DNA of 38,957 bases from Thermoplasmata archaeon (GCA_028864975.1 JAGWLG010000034.1:1-38957); one strand, 5' to 3'. Shown: positions 18,324-27,805, counted from the first letter of the stretch. Program-made: numbers and translations. Notes: generated by a model from the sequence alone, not told the origin.

Positions 18324-19100
18324 GTGTCTCCACCCCCACCGCCGAGCCCGGCCGACCCCGTCATCGTCGAGGGTGACATCCGACGTGTACGCTCCATACC
18401 GTCCGACTCCGTCGACCTCATCGTCACGTCCCCTCCCTACAACGTCAATGTCGCCTATGGGGCTCACGACGATGGTTCGTCGTACGAAGAGTACCTACGG
18501 TTCAGCGAGGAGTGGATCGGCACCTGCCGCGACCTCTCCCGGGATGATGGACGGTTCTGCCTCAACGTCCCTCTCGACAAGAACAAGGGGGGCCAGCAGA
18601 GCGTTTACGCGGACCTGACCTCGATCGCCAAGAAGCTCGGCTGGAGGTACCAGTCGACGATCGTCTGGAACGAACAGAACATCTCGCGCCGAACGGCTTG
18701 GGGCTCCTGGAAGAGCCCCTCCGCCCCCTACGTCATCGCTCCCGTCGAGATGATCGTTGTCCTCTACAAGCGTGTGTGGAAGAAGAAGAACACCGGTGGA
18801 GAGCCCGGCATCACCCGCGACGAGTTCCTGGCTTGGACCAACGGGGTCTGGACGTTCAATGGGGAGAGCAAGAAGCGGGTCGGCCATCCGGCCCCATTCC
18901 CTGTCGAGCTCCCCCTTCGCTGCATCAAGCTGTTCACCTATGTGGGGGAAACGGTCCTGGACCCCTTCCTGGGAAGCGGAACGACCCTCGTCGCCGCGAA
19001 AATGACGGGAAGGAAAGGTGTAGGGGTCGAGCTTGACCCTTCGTACTGTGAGCTCGCGCGCACCAGGATCGCGAGAGCGAGCGGTCCGCCGTCACACTGA
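18324..19100 (+). CDS. Beta-class N4-C/N6-A DNA methyltransferase, orphan
   Basis: Catalytic motif VDLIVTSPPY precedes HPAPFPVELP and the SAM-binding motif VLDPFLGSGTT...GVELD. No nuclease gene adjacent. Confidence 0.92.
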   Translation: MSPPPPPSPADPVIVEGDIRRVRSIPSDSVDLIVTSPPYNVNVAYGAHDDGSSYEEYLRFSEEWIGTCRDLSRDDGRFCLNVPLDKNKGGQQSVYADLTSIAKKLGWRYQSTIVWNEQNISRRTAWGSWKSPSAPYVIAPVEMIVVLYKRVWKKKNTGGEPGITRDEFLAWTNGVWTFNGESKKRVGHPAPFPVELPLRCIKLFTYVGETVLDPFLGSGTTLVAAKMTGRKGVGVELDPSYCELARTRIARASGPPSH

Positions 19101-19372
19101 ACGGGACCTTGCCTGGACCCACCCGCGCCTTCGGGGGGGAGGTACAGTGTGGCAAGCCTCTCGGAGTTCCGGGCGCAGCGCCGGGCTGCGTTGCCCGACG
19201 AGAGCGCGAGCCCGTGTCGTGGTCCCATGAGGGGGGAGGCAGTGCTCGAGGTGACCGTGCGGGTCGAAGCGGGCGCGAACGCTGCCGCGCTCTGCCAAAG
19301 CTAGTCACGCACGGCACTTCCGGTCCGCCGCGGGTGTCAAAACACTCTTGAAGGGGGAAGCGCCCGGCCCAC

Positions 19373-22300
19373 GTGGCGGGACCTGTGTCGCTCCGTTTCT
19401 TCCTGATCGGAATCGCCCTCGTCGCGCTCTTCGCCTCCCCGCCCACCCTGATGTCCCATTCCGTATCGAACACTCTGCCGATCCGCGCGCATGCGGTAGC
19501 CTCCGGAACCTCCTGGGTGAAGTCGGGTCAGGCTCGTCATGCTCCCCCCGTATCCCCGACACCGGACCATCCTCCGGGTCTCGCTCGAGGATTCCCGGCC
19601 AGTCGGGCGCCATCCCTCGCTCATCCGCTGAGCTCGGAGTCGTCCGGTGTCCCCCACGTCGTCGAACGTGACCAACCCAGTTCGATCGAGGACGCGAAGC
19701 CCTTCACTCCGACCCCCCCTGGACCCCAGGACCAGGCCTTCCCCAGCGGCCAGGATGAGAATGTCCTAACGACCTCCGGCGCGCAAGTCGGCGCTCCCGG
19801 CAGCGCCCCCTCCCCTTCGGTGCGTCTCTCGACGAACCCCACGTGGGAGCAAGAGCCCGTGGTACCGATCGGTTCCCCGGACGGTGCCGCGATGACCGAC
19901 GATATTGGTGACATGACCATCCTGTACTTCGGTGGCACCGGGTTCTCCTCCCGTCCGCAGGCGATCACGTGGCAGATGTCTTCCACGGGTTGGGAGAACC
20001 TCACGGGCTCCATGTCGCTGAGCCCCCCGGCGTGCACCTTTTGTGCGATGTCCTGGGACAGCAAGATCGGGCAGGTCGTCTTGTTCGATCAGGGCACCTG
20101 GACCTTCCTGTCGGATCAATGGGCGCAGGCTTCCCCTCAGGCCTCTCCCCCCACGAGCCTCACTCAGGAGGCGATTGTCGACGACCCCTCGGAAAACGGT
20201 GTGCTGGTCTTTGGAGGCACTTACACCGCGCCCGGATGCGGATGTGCGGTCACCACGGGCGCCACATGGGTCTACATGACCTCCAACTGGGTGAACGTCT
20301 CAGGGGCGCTTGGCACGCCTCCCAGCCCCAGGCGAGGGGCGACCATGGTGACGGACTCCGCCGACAACTATCCCATGTTGTTCGGAGGGTGGAGCGATGT
20401 CTCTCAGTCTGTCCTGAGCGACACGTGGGGCCTGTGGAACAATCAGTGGGTCTACCAGAGCACCCTGGGTCCTTCCGCTCGCACCAACGCAAGGCTCGCG
20501 GACGACATCATGGACGGGTACGTCCTGTTGTACGGTGGAAGCGGATGCGGCGGAGCCGGGGGAATGTGCAGCGACACTTGGACCTGGCATGCCGGGGGCT
20601 GGACCGAGCTCTTCCCTAGCATCTCCCCGTACCCGGAGAGCTCGTCTCAGCAGGTCATGGTCTACGACAGCGCTTCGAGCTACGTGGTCTTCCTCGAGGC
20701 TGGTCCTACCTCAGGATCGTTCACGAGCAACGAGAGCGTTCCGTTCAGCTGGCCCTCGGCCCTTCAAGCCTCGCTCACCGCGTCTAGGACGACCCTCGAC
20801 GCCAACCAGACCCTCCGCGCGGTGATCACGGCTTCCGGAGGGATGCCTCCGCTCCGCTACTTCTGGTACAACGTGCCTTCCGGTTGCTCCTCGCCTTCGA
20901 ACTATCTCAACTGCACTCCAACGCTTCCCTGGACAGGCACGATCACGGGGGAAGCCACGGACCAGTCCGGCCGCACCGCATCCCCGACGTTGGCGTTCAC
21001 GATCCTGAGCGATCCTTCCGTACCCCCACCCTCTCCCAACCTACCTTCGGTCGACGTGGGTCGGCCCGTCAGCTTCACGGCGGCCGCCACGGGAGGCTCC
21101 GGGTCGTTCACCTACGCCTGGAACGCACCGTCGGCGATGGGTTGTGGCGGGGGAGGCTCCGGTACGCTGACCTGCACGCCATCCGCCGCAGGGCGTTACC
21201 AGGTGGCCACGTACGCGACCGACTCGGACGGGTTCACCGTGAGCGCGGTCTCCGCCCCATTCCTGGTCTCAGCAGGACCGACCGTGACGCTGGCCGAGAA
21301 CCGGACGAACCTCGACCTCGGAGAGTCCATCTTCTTCTGGGCGAACGCGAGCGGGGGCACGGGGACGTACAGCTACACCTACAACGGGCTTCCGAGTGGT
21401 TGCACTAGTCAGAACGTATCGACGCTGAGCTGCGGGCCTGCTGTTGTCGGCAGCCAGACTATCACAGTGTCTGTCAAAGACACGGGCGGCGGTTCTGCAA
21501 CAAGCGCCGCCATGTACTTCGGGGTCAACCCCGACCCCACCTTCATCTCCTACTGGCGCCCCGGCTCCGAGGTGGTGAACCGCAGCGGCATCTGGTACTC
21601 CTACATCAACTGGTCCGGGACCTACCAGCTCGACTTCAGCGGCGGGACCCCGAGCTACGACTACTGCCTCGTCACCGTCCCCGCGACCCTGGCGGCCGGC
21701 TGTTCCGGGACCACCGGGGTCACCTCGTTCTTCTTCGCGTGGTTCTTCTGGCCCTCCAATGGGATGCCGGCCGGGACCTACACGCTCACCTTCAGCGCCC
21801 ACGATTCCACGGGGTGGAACGACACCGCCGTTGTGACCCTCGTTCTCTACTGGCCGCCGAGCCTCGGGCCGCTCGCCCACCCGAACCCCGAGGACCAGGG
21901 GCAGCAGGTCACCGCCTCCTCGTGGCTCTCCCACGGCGCGGCGCCGCTTTCCTACTGGATGAACGCGACGGGGACGCCCTCCCCGTTGTGCAGCGCCCAG
22001 GTCGCGACCACCCCGGCTTTCGTCTCGTGCACCTTCGTGAACTCCTGGGTCGGCAACGAGGTGATCCGCCTCACCGCCCGATCTTCTCTCGGACTCCAGG
22101 TCTTCTCCAATGCGACACTGGTGAGCAACCGCACGACCACCCTCACGCTGTCGCCGGCCCCCGCTCTTGCGCCCGTCGATCGGCCGTTCGAGATCGGAGC
22201 CCTGATCTCCGGGGGCTCGTCACCCTATCGTCTGTGCACCCAGGTCCCGAGCTGGGGCGGAGCCCTCTCCTGCCTTCCTCTTTCGGGGTCCCCGGTGGGA

Positions 22301-24160
22301 AGTTTCTCCTATCAAGGGTCGAGCCTGGGCCAAGTGACGATCGGAGTGAGCGTCGTCGATGCGGCAGGTCTCAACCGCACCTACTGGACGAACGTCACCC
22401 TCGTCCCTGACCTCTCCAGCGCGAGCCTCGCCGGTCCGTCGTGGGGATACGCCACGTGGAACGTCACCCTCAACGCCTCCTTCCAGAACGGCGTCGCGCC
22501 GTACAGCTTGTGGTTCAACGATACCTCACTCCCGGGTCCGCTCTGCCCCTCGGTTCTCGTGGCCTGGGTCGCGACTGTCCCCTGCACGTTCGAATTGGCG
22601 TGGACGGGCTCTCACACGCTGCGCGTGACGGTACGTGACGCGTTTGGAGAGAATCAGACGGCCAACCTCACCCTGGTGGGATACCCGCCCATCGCCCTTT
22701 CTTCGGTCACCACCACCACAGGCCCGAGCCTCGTCCGCTCGGGAGGGATCCTGTACGGCGAGGTCGCCGGTCCGGTCTTCCTGAACGCGTCCTTCTCGGG
22801 AGGAAAGGGACTTCGTCAGTACTCCTGGTGGATCGGCGGTCTCCTCATCGCGGAGGGGAACGGTTCCGCGGTCCTCTGGCAGGCCGTGTGGGTCCCCCTG
22901 GCGGCGGGCACGTACCTCGCCATCTTCGACCTCTCCGATTCGGTGGGGACCGAAGTGAGCGGGAGCGTTACGCTCCGGGTCGGCCCAGGTCTCTCAGGAC
23001 TTTCGATCCAAGGTCACCCTTCGACGGTCGATGTCCAGACCGATTCCAACGTCAGTGCCTCGTTCACCTCTGGCGCTTCGCCCTTCACGTATGTCTGGGC
23101 GGTCGAAGTCAGCCCCGGAGTTCAGCAGGCGTTCAGCACCACGGTGCCCTGGCTGGTCCAGAGCTGGGCGGCGGCGGGAGCCTACTCGGTGGTCCTGACC
23201 GTCTACGATGCCGACCATTTCGCTGCCACCGCCAGGACGACGTTGACGGTCAACCCCGCGCCGACGGTTCCCTGCGGCCCTGCGAGCTCCTCGGACCACC
23301 GAACACCCGGTTCCCTCCTCAATTTCACCCTCGGATGTCTCTCCGGAGGGACAGGGCCCTATCGCGTGGTCTGGTCGTGGGGCGACGGCTCCGACACCAC
23401 CGGGTCCGCTCTGAACGCCACGCACGTCTATTCGAGGACCGGGAACTTCTCCGTCACGGCAACGGTCACGGACGCCTTCGGCCTTGAGGCCTTGAGCGTC
23501 AACCTGTCGGTCGAGGTGGTCCCGATCGCCCAGCCCTCGGGGAGGTCGCCTCCCCCAACCTCCGGGGCGCTCGCTTGGTTCGAGTCCTGGGGGCTCTGGG
23601 TCGACGCGCTCCTTCTCGGCGTTGCCCTTCTCCTGGCCCTGCTCGTCCTACGGCGCTCTCGTGGGAACCGTAGGCTGGGTCGGCGTGGGGGCTCCTATTC
23701 CTTGGAGGGCGAGGGCGAAGGCCAGTCCGAGGACGGTCCCCTCTCGTCCCCGTCGGAGCCCGCGGGAGGACCGCCGAAGGGGTCCTCGTCCCCGGACGAA
23801 GTCTCCGAAGAGGACCTCAAGCGCTCTGCCGAGATCGACGCGGCGATCCTCGAGTTCCTCGGGCAGCACCACCGTGGCGGGCTCCAGGAGCTCCGGGGGG
23901 CTCCGGGAACGCAAGGGGTCGGAGATCCAGCCCTCCTGGAGCACCTCTTTGCGCTGAAGTCCGCGGGCAGGATCGTCCTCCTCCCCGAAAGCCAGGAGAC
24001 CGATTCACCCGTCTACGCCCTGGCTCCCAGGAGTTCGGGACGGGAAGAGGAGCCCATCGCCCCCGTCGTGGACGAAGCGATGGTCAACGACTACCTCTCG
24101 CGCCGAGCGTCCTCGCTGGCGGAGGACGGGGGCGAGGAAGGGCTCTCGGGAGAGGGCTGA
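19373..24160 (+). CDS. Large surface protein: signal peptide, Kelch-like propeller, about 9-10 PKD/Ig-like domains, TM, cytoplasmic probable winged-helix domain
   Basis: Blades with LFGG...DTW; PKD-like repeats (WSWGDGS, GG.G.Y.Y.W); TM LWVDALLLGVALLLALLVLRR; tail AILEFL...LLEHLFALKSAGRIV...PVYAL. Confidence 0.8.
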   Translation: MAGPVSLRFFLIGIALVALFASPPTLMSHSVSNTLPIRAHAVASGTSWVKSGQARHAPPVSPTPDHPPGLARGFPASRAPSLAHPLSSESSGVPHVVERDQPSSIEDAKPFTPTPPGPQDQAFPSGQDENVLTTSGAQVGAPGSAPSPSVRLSTNPTWEQEPVVPIGSPDGAAMTDDIGDMTILYFGGTGFSSRPQAITWQMSSTGWENLTGSMSLSPPACTFCAMSWDSKIGQVVLFDQGTWTFLSDQWAQASPQASPPTSLTQEAIVDDPSENGVLVFGGTYTAPGCGCAVTTGATWVYMTSNWVNVSGALGTPPSPRRGATMVTDSADNYPMLFGGWSDVSQSVLSDTWGLWNNQWVYQSTLGPSARTNARLADDIMDGYVLLYGGSGCGGAGGMCSDTWTWHAGGWTELFPSISPYPESSSQQVMVYDSASSYVVFLEAGPTSGSFTSNESVPFSWPSALQASLTASRTTLDANQTLRAVITASGGMPPLRYFWYNVPSGCSSPSNYLNCTPTLPWTGTITGEATDQSGRTASPTLAFTILSDPSVPPPSPNLPSVDVGRPVSFTAAATGGSGSFTYAWNAPSAMGCGGGGSGTLTCTPSAAGRYQVATYATDSDGFTVSAVSAPFLVSAGPTVTLAENRTNLDLGESIFFWANASGGTGTYSYTYNGLPSGCTSQNVSTLSCGPAVVGSQTITVSVKDTGGGSATSAAMYFGVNPDPTFISYWRPGSEVVNRSGIWYSYINWSGTYQLDFSGGTPSYDYCLVTVPATLAAGCSGTTGVTSFFFAWFFWPSNGMPAGTYTLTFSAHDSTGWNDTAVVTLVLYWPPSLGPLAHPNPEDQGQQVTASSWLSHGAAPLSYWMNATGTPSPLCSAQVATTPAFVSCTFVNSWVGNEVIRLTARSSLGLQVFSNATLVSNRTTTLTLSPAPALAPVDRPFEIGALISGGSSPYRLCTQVPSWGGALSCLPLSGSPVGSFSYQGSSLGQVTIGVSVVDAAGLNRTYWTNVTLVPDLSSASLAGPSWGYATWNVTLNASFQNGVAPYSLWFNDTSLPGPLCPSVLVAWVATVPCTFELAWTGSHTLRVTVRDAFGENQTANLTLVGYPPIALSSVTTTTGPSLVRSGGILYGEVAGPVFLNASFSGGKGLRQYSWWIGGLLIAEGNGSAVLWQAVWVPLAAGTYLAIFDLSDSVGTEVSGSVTLRVGPGLSGLSIQGHPSTVDVQTDSNVSASFTSGASPFTYVWAVEVSPGVQQAFSTTVPWLVQSWAAAGAYSVVLTVYDADHFAATARTTLTVNPAPTVPCGPASSSDHRTPGSLLNFTLGCLSGGTGPYRVVWSWGDGSDTTGSALNATHVYSRTGNFSVTATVTDAFGLEALSVNLSVEVVPIAQPSGRSPPPTSGALAWFESWGLWVDALLLGVALLLALLVLRRSRGNRRLGRRGGSYSLEGEGEGQSEDGPLSSPSEPAGGPPKGSSSPDEVSEEDLKRSAEIDAAILEFLGQHHRGGLQELRGAPGTQGVGDPALLEHLFALKSAGRIVLLPESQETDSPVYALAPRSSGREEEPIAPVVDEAMVNDYLSRRASSLAEDGGEEGLSGEG

Positions 24161-26649
24161 GCGTCCTTCTGGGGAGCCTCCGCGGCGGTCGTCGTCGTCG
24201 AGGAAGCCTCCTTGGGGGCGTCGGCGGCCTTGGGCCGAGCTGGTGCCTTCGACCCTGCTGAGGCCTTGCTCGTGCTCGAGCTCGTTCGACGAAGCAGGAG
24301 GACCGCCGCAGCGACAAGGAGCGCGACGCCGCTGAGGAAAGCGGCCGCCTGAGGAGCGGGGAGCCCCAGGAACGTCAAGTTCGAGGAGTTCACCCTCGGG
24401 TTCGGGGTGACCGACTTGCTCTCGATCGTGATCGTCGCGCTCGCGGAAAGGGAGATGCTCGAGAGATGGGCCGTGACGGTGAGGGTCGCGGTGCCGGAGA
24501 CGGGCCCGGCCGTGAACTTCGTCGTGGGGCCAGCGCTGGGCCCGATCGCTCCAAGCAGGCTGTTCAGGCTCCAGGCGTAGGTGAGCGTGTTCGGGCAGGC
24601 GTTGTTGCTGCAGCGGGCGTCCGCGCTGAAGGTGATGTTGCTCGAAGGGGTGATCGTGACCGAAGAGGGCGTGACCGAGACGGAGCTCAGGGTGGGCGGG
24701 GAGGGCGCAAGGACCGTCAGCGAAGTGGCGGCCGACGCCGAGTGGAAGGTCGTGTCGTTCACGTAGACGCGCACGGTGAACGTCCCCACGGCCTGCGGGG
24801 TGCAGGGGAGGACGCTGCTGTCCGATGAGGTGCATCCGGGAGGGAGGCCAGCGTACGTGTAGGAGAGCGTCCCCGACCCTCCCGAGGCATCGGTGGAGAA
24901 GACCATCGCGCTGCCCAAGTTCACGGGCGACTGGGAGGGGTAGAACCAGGAGATCAGGATGGCGACCGCCCGCTCGACCGTGAGCGAGGTCGTGTCGGTC
25001 GCGCTGTGGCCGACCGAGTCGTTCACGTAGACCCGGACGGTGGAGTTCCCCGGGGACGTCGGGACGCAGGTGAGGTCCGCGACATCGCGGGTGAAACATC
25101 CCGAAGGCAGTCCGGTGTACGCGTACCTCAACGCTCCCGTGCCTCCGAAGGCGCTAACGTTCAGGTAGTCGACCGCCCCCAGGGCCAAGGGGTCAGGGGA
25201 GGCGACGAAGCTCGCGATGGTGGGGTAGGCCTGAGGGGTGATCGTGATCGGCACGGGGCTCGCAGCGACCGTCCTCCCGTTCCACGTCGCGTTCACGAAG
25301 AGGGTGGTCGTTCCCGGCGTCCCTCCGGCCGTGAAGGTGTTCACGTCCGACGCCCCTCCGATCGCGCTCACCATGCTCGCGTTGAACCCCGTGACGTAGA
25401 TCAGCCCGTTCCCGCTGTCGTAGACGTCGGCGTAGTCGTTCGACCATCCCCAGCTGGCCCGGAGGATGGGGAAGGTCCCGACGATGGTGTTCGTCGAGCC
25501 CGAGATCACGTTCATCACCGTGGTGTTGCTGTCGGTCTCGTAGACGAGCCCGTTCGCGGGGTCGAAGGCCACCATCCAGGGGTAGCCCTGGGTGTTGATC
25601 GTGGTGAGGAGGGAGTTCGACGACCCGTTGATCACCGCCACGTTCCCGTCCCCGGCGGGGTTCTTCACCCAGTAGCTCGCGTCAGCCACGTAGAGGTCGC
25701 CGTTCCAGCTGTCGTAATCGATCCCGGACGGGAGCTGGCTGAGCCCGATCTGGGTGACCACGGAACCGCTGCTCGCATTGATGACCGCCGCCTCCGCCGA
25801 GTCGAACTCGGTCACGAAGATCTCGTCGTTCCGAGGGTCGTAGGCGAGCCCCCAGGGTTCCCCGCCGATGAAAATGGACTTGACCACCTTGTCCGTTGCG
25901 GGGTCGAGGATGCTCACGGTCCCGGCGGCGTAGTTGGACGCGAAGATCTCCTGTTGGAGGGGGTCGTAGACGATCCCGGCGTAGTTCATGAACATCTTCG
26001 AACCGACGGTGCAACCGCTCAGGGTGAAGGCGAAGGTCGCGATGACGGAGTTGTTCGCCCCGTCGATGACGCTCATGTTCTGGGACCCGCAGTTGCTCAC
26101 GTAGAGGTCCCCGTTGTCCGGGTCGTAGGCGATCCCGGTCGGGCTCGCCCCGACGGGGATGAGCTTCACGAGCGTGTTCGTGATGGTGGAGACCACGCTC
26201 ACGTTGCTGATCCCCGAGACGTCCCAGGCGTTGTCGTTCGTGATGTAGACGTTCCCGTTCGCGGGATCGTAGGCGATCCCCGACGGGACCTTCCCGACGG
26301 TGTCCACCGTCGTGATGAGCTGGTTCGGGCTCGCCTCCGCATGCGCCAAGGTCCCCAGGGCGTGGCCGAGCGACCAGGTGTACGTGACCCCCGCGGGACA
26401 CACGCCCCCCGAGCACGAGGGCACCGCGGTGAACGTGAGGTTGCCCCCGACGACCGTGGTGCCGCCGCCAGGGCTCACGGTGACCGAGTTGACGGAGGGG
26501 GCGGCCCCGGGGATCGAGACGAACGCTCTCGGGAGGGGAGGGTCCGGTCGGAGGGAGGCGGGGCCCGGAGCTCCACCCTGGAACGAGACCGCGGAGAAGG
26601 CAACGAGGCTGGCCACGGCGATGGCCGCCAGCGCGCCTCGCGGCCACAT
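24091..26649 (-). CDS. YVTN/YncE-type 7-blade beta-propeller surface protein with Ig/PKD-like domains and C-terminal TM
   Basis: Seven P.GIAYDP.NG..YV.N-like blades, two GLP.GC modules, TM AAAFLSGVALLVAAAVLLLRR. Likely start ATG 26649 (MWPRGALAAIAVASL); the ORF is open from 26844. Confidence 0.85.
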   Translation of the reverse strand: MWPRGALAAIAVASLVAFSAVSFQGGAPGPASLRPDPPLPRAFVSIPGAAPSVNSVTVSPGGGTTVVGGNLTFTAVPSCSGGVCPAGVTYTWSLGHALGTLAHAEASPNQLITTVDTVGKVPSGIAYDPANGNVYITNDNAWDVSGISNVSVVSTITNTLVKLIPVGASPTGIAYDPDNGDLYVSNCGSQNMSVIDGANNSVIATFAFTLSGCTVGSKMFMNYAGIVYDPLQQEIFASNYAAGTVSILDPATDKVVKSIFIGGEPWGLAYDPRNDEIFVTEFDSAEAAVINASSGSVVTQIGLSQLPSGIDYDSWNGDLYVADASYWVKNPAGDGNVAVINGSSNSLLTTINTQGYPWMVAFDPANGLVYETDSNTTVMNVISGSTNTIVGTFPILRASWGWSNDYADVYDSGNGLIYVTGFNASMVSAIGGASDVNTFTAGGTPGTTTLFVNATWNGRTVAASPVPITITPQAYPTIASFVASPDPLALGAVDYLNVSAFGGTGALRYAYTGLPSGCFTRDVADLTCVPTSPGNSTVRVYVNDSVGHSATDTTSLTVERAVAILISWFYPSQSPVNLGSAMVFSTDASGGSGTLSYTYAGLPPGCTSSDSSVLPCTPQAVGTFTVRVYVNDTTFHSASAATSLTVLAPSPPTLSSVSVTPSSVTITPSSNITFSADARCSNNACPNTLTYAWSLNSLLGAIGPSAGPTTKFTAGPVSGTATLTVTAHLSSISLSASATITIESKSVTPNPRVNSSNLTFLGLPAPQAAAFLSGVALLVAAAVLLLRRTSSSTSKASAGSKAPARPKAADAPKEASSTTTTAAEAPQKDAQPSPESPSSPPSSASEDARRER

Positions 26650-26872
26650 GCGGCGCGCCAGACCCCCGACCCTCGTCACGGACTTGGACCTCCCAGGTGC
26701 CTCGAGGTTCCTTCGAGCGGAGATCCCCTGAGCTCGCCGCAGGACCCTCTGCCCGCGCGTGGCGGGTGTTGCGAGGGACCTACCGCGTGGGGGGTCTTGC
26801 CCCCCCGCCCGAGAGTGCTTCGGGCGCCTCGGGCACCGTGCCAAGCCTCCTCAGGGCGCGACCCTCCGGTGG

Positions 26873-27676
26873 TCACGGGACCTTGATGGACGAAGGGTGC
26901 TCCGGTCCCTTCGGGTACTTGAGGTGCATCTCTTCGAGCGCGCCGACCAGGACCTTCGAGACGCACCAGTTGCGGAACCACTTGTGGTCGGACGGGATGA
27001 CGTACCAGGGGGCCCACTGGGAGCTGGTCAGCTCCAGTAGCTCCTCGTACGCGCTCTGGTAGTCCGACCAGAACTGCCGCTCGTGCAGGTCGGACGGGGA
27101 GAACTTCCAGTGCTTCGTGGGGTCCTCGAGCCGGGCCTCCAGCCGTCGCTTCTGTTCCTCCTTGCTGATGTGGAGGAAGAACTTGAGCACCAGGGTCCCT
27201 TCGCGGTCGAGCTCCCGCTCGAACTCGTTGATCGCCCGGTAGCGCTCCTCCCAGACCTCCTTCGGGACGAGATGGTGGACGCGCACCGCGAGCACATCCT
27301 CGTAGTGGCTCCGGTTGAAGATCGCCATGTGGCCTTTGGGCGGCGTATGGAGGTGGACCCGCCAGAGAAAGTCATGCTCGAGCTCGGTGGAGGAGGGCGC
27401 CTTGAACGAGGCCACCTCCACCCCTTGGGGATTGACCCCTTCGAAGACGTGGCGGATCACCCCGTCCTTCCCGGCGGTGTCCATCCCCTGGAGGACGATG
27501 AGGACCGCGCGGCGATGGTCCGCGTAGAGAAGCTCCTGGAGGCGGTCGAGCTCCCCCCGTAGCCGTTCGAGCTCCGCCTCGGCCTGCTCCTTCTTCCCGT
27601 CGAAGGTGGAGGTGTCCGAGGGGTCGATCTGGTCCAGGTGGACCTTCCCGTGGGCGGGAGCTCGGGGGCCCTTCAT
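26873..27676 (-). CDS. ppk2: Polyphosphate kinase 2 (PPK2, class III-like polyphosphate:nucleotide phosphotransferase)
   Basis: Walker A LQGMDTAGKDGVI, SFKAPS..ELEHDFLWR, FNRSHYEDVL and KFFLHISKEEQ. ATG 27676 follows GGAG. Confidence 0.92.
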   Translation of the reverse strand: MKGPRAPAHGKVHLDQIDPSDTSTFDGKKEQAEAELERLRGELDRLQELLYADHRRAVLIVLQGMDTAGKDGVIRHVFEGVNPQGVEVASFKAPSSTELEHDFLWRVHLHTPPKGHMAIFNRSHYEDVLAVRVHHLVPKEVWEERYRAINEFERELDREGTLVLKFFLHISKEEQKRRLEARLEDPTKHWKFSPSDLHERQFWSDYQSAYEELLELTSSQWAPWYVIPSDHKWFRNWCVSKVLVGALEEMHLKYPKGPEHPSSIKVP

Positions 27677-27805
27677 GCTATGCTCCAGGAACCCGCGCCC
27701 GTGCCGGTCGTCCCCTCCGGCGTTGCGCCACCCCGGTCCACCCCAGCGGAAGCCCCCTCCCAAGCCCGCAGAGGAGGGTTCGACACCGCTGGGCATCATA
27801 TAGCG

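Noticed and set aside
17921-19372. A restriction endonuclease partner for the methyltransferase
   Set aside because: The flanking ORFs are a small 2-TM protein and shadow frames; no PD-(D/E)xK, HNH or GIY-YIG motif was seen.
26650-26844. N-terminal extension of the YVTN protein
   Set aside because: Arg/Pro-rich and non-conserved-looking; the signal peptide begins at ATG 26649.
25006-26886. Long antisense or alternative-frame ORFs (for example 25006-26886 +, 33276-35168 -, 10820-12976 +, 12045-13337 -, 37760-38926 -, 1019-1963 -)
   Set aside because: Arg/Gly/Pro-rich shadow frames expected in high-GC DNA; they overlap well-supported genes and carry no recognisable motifs.
27772-27792. tRNA T-loop-like GGTTCGAC next to the IS left end
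   Set aside because: The flanking 5-bp T-stem does not pair, and there is no acceptor, D or anticodon arm.
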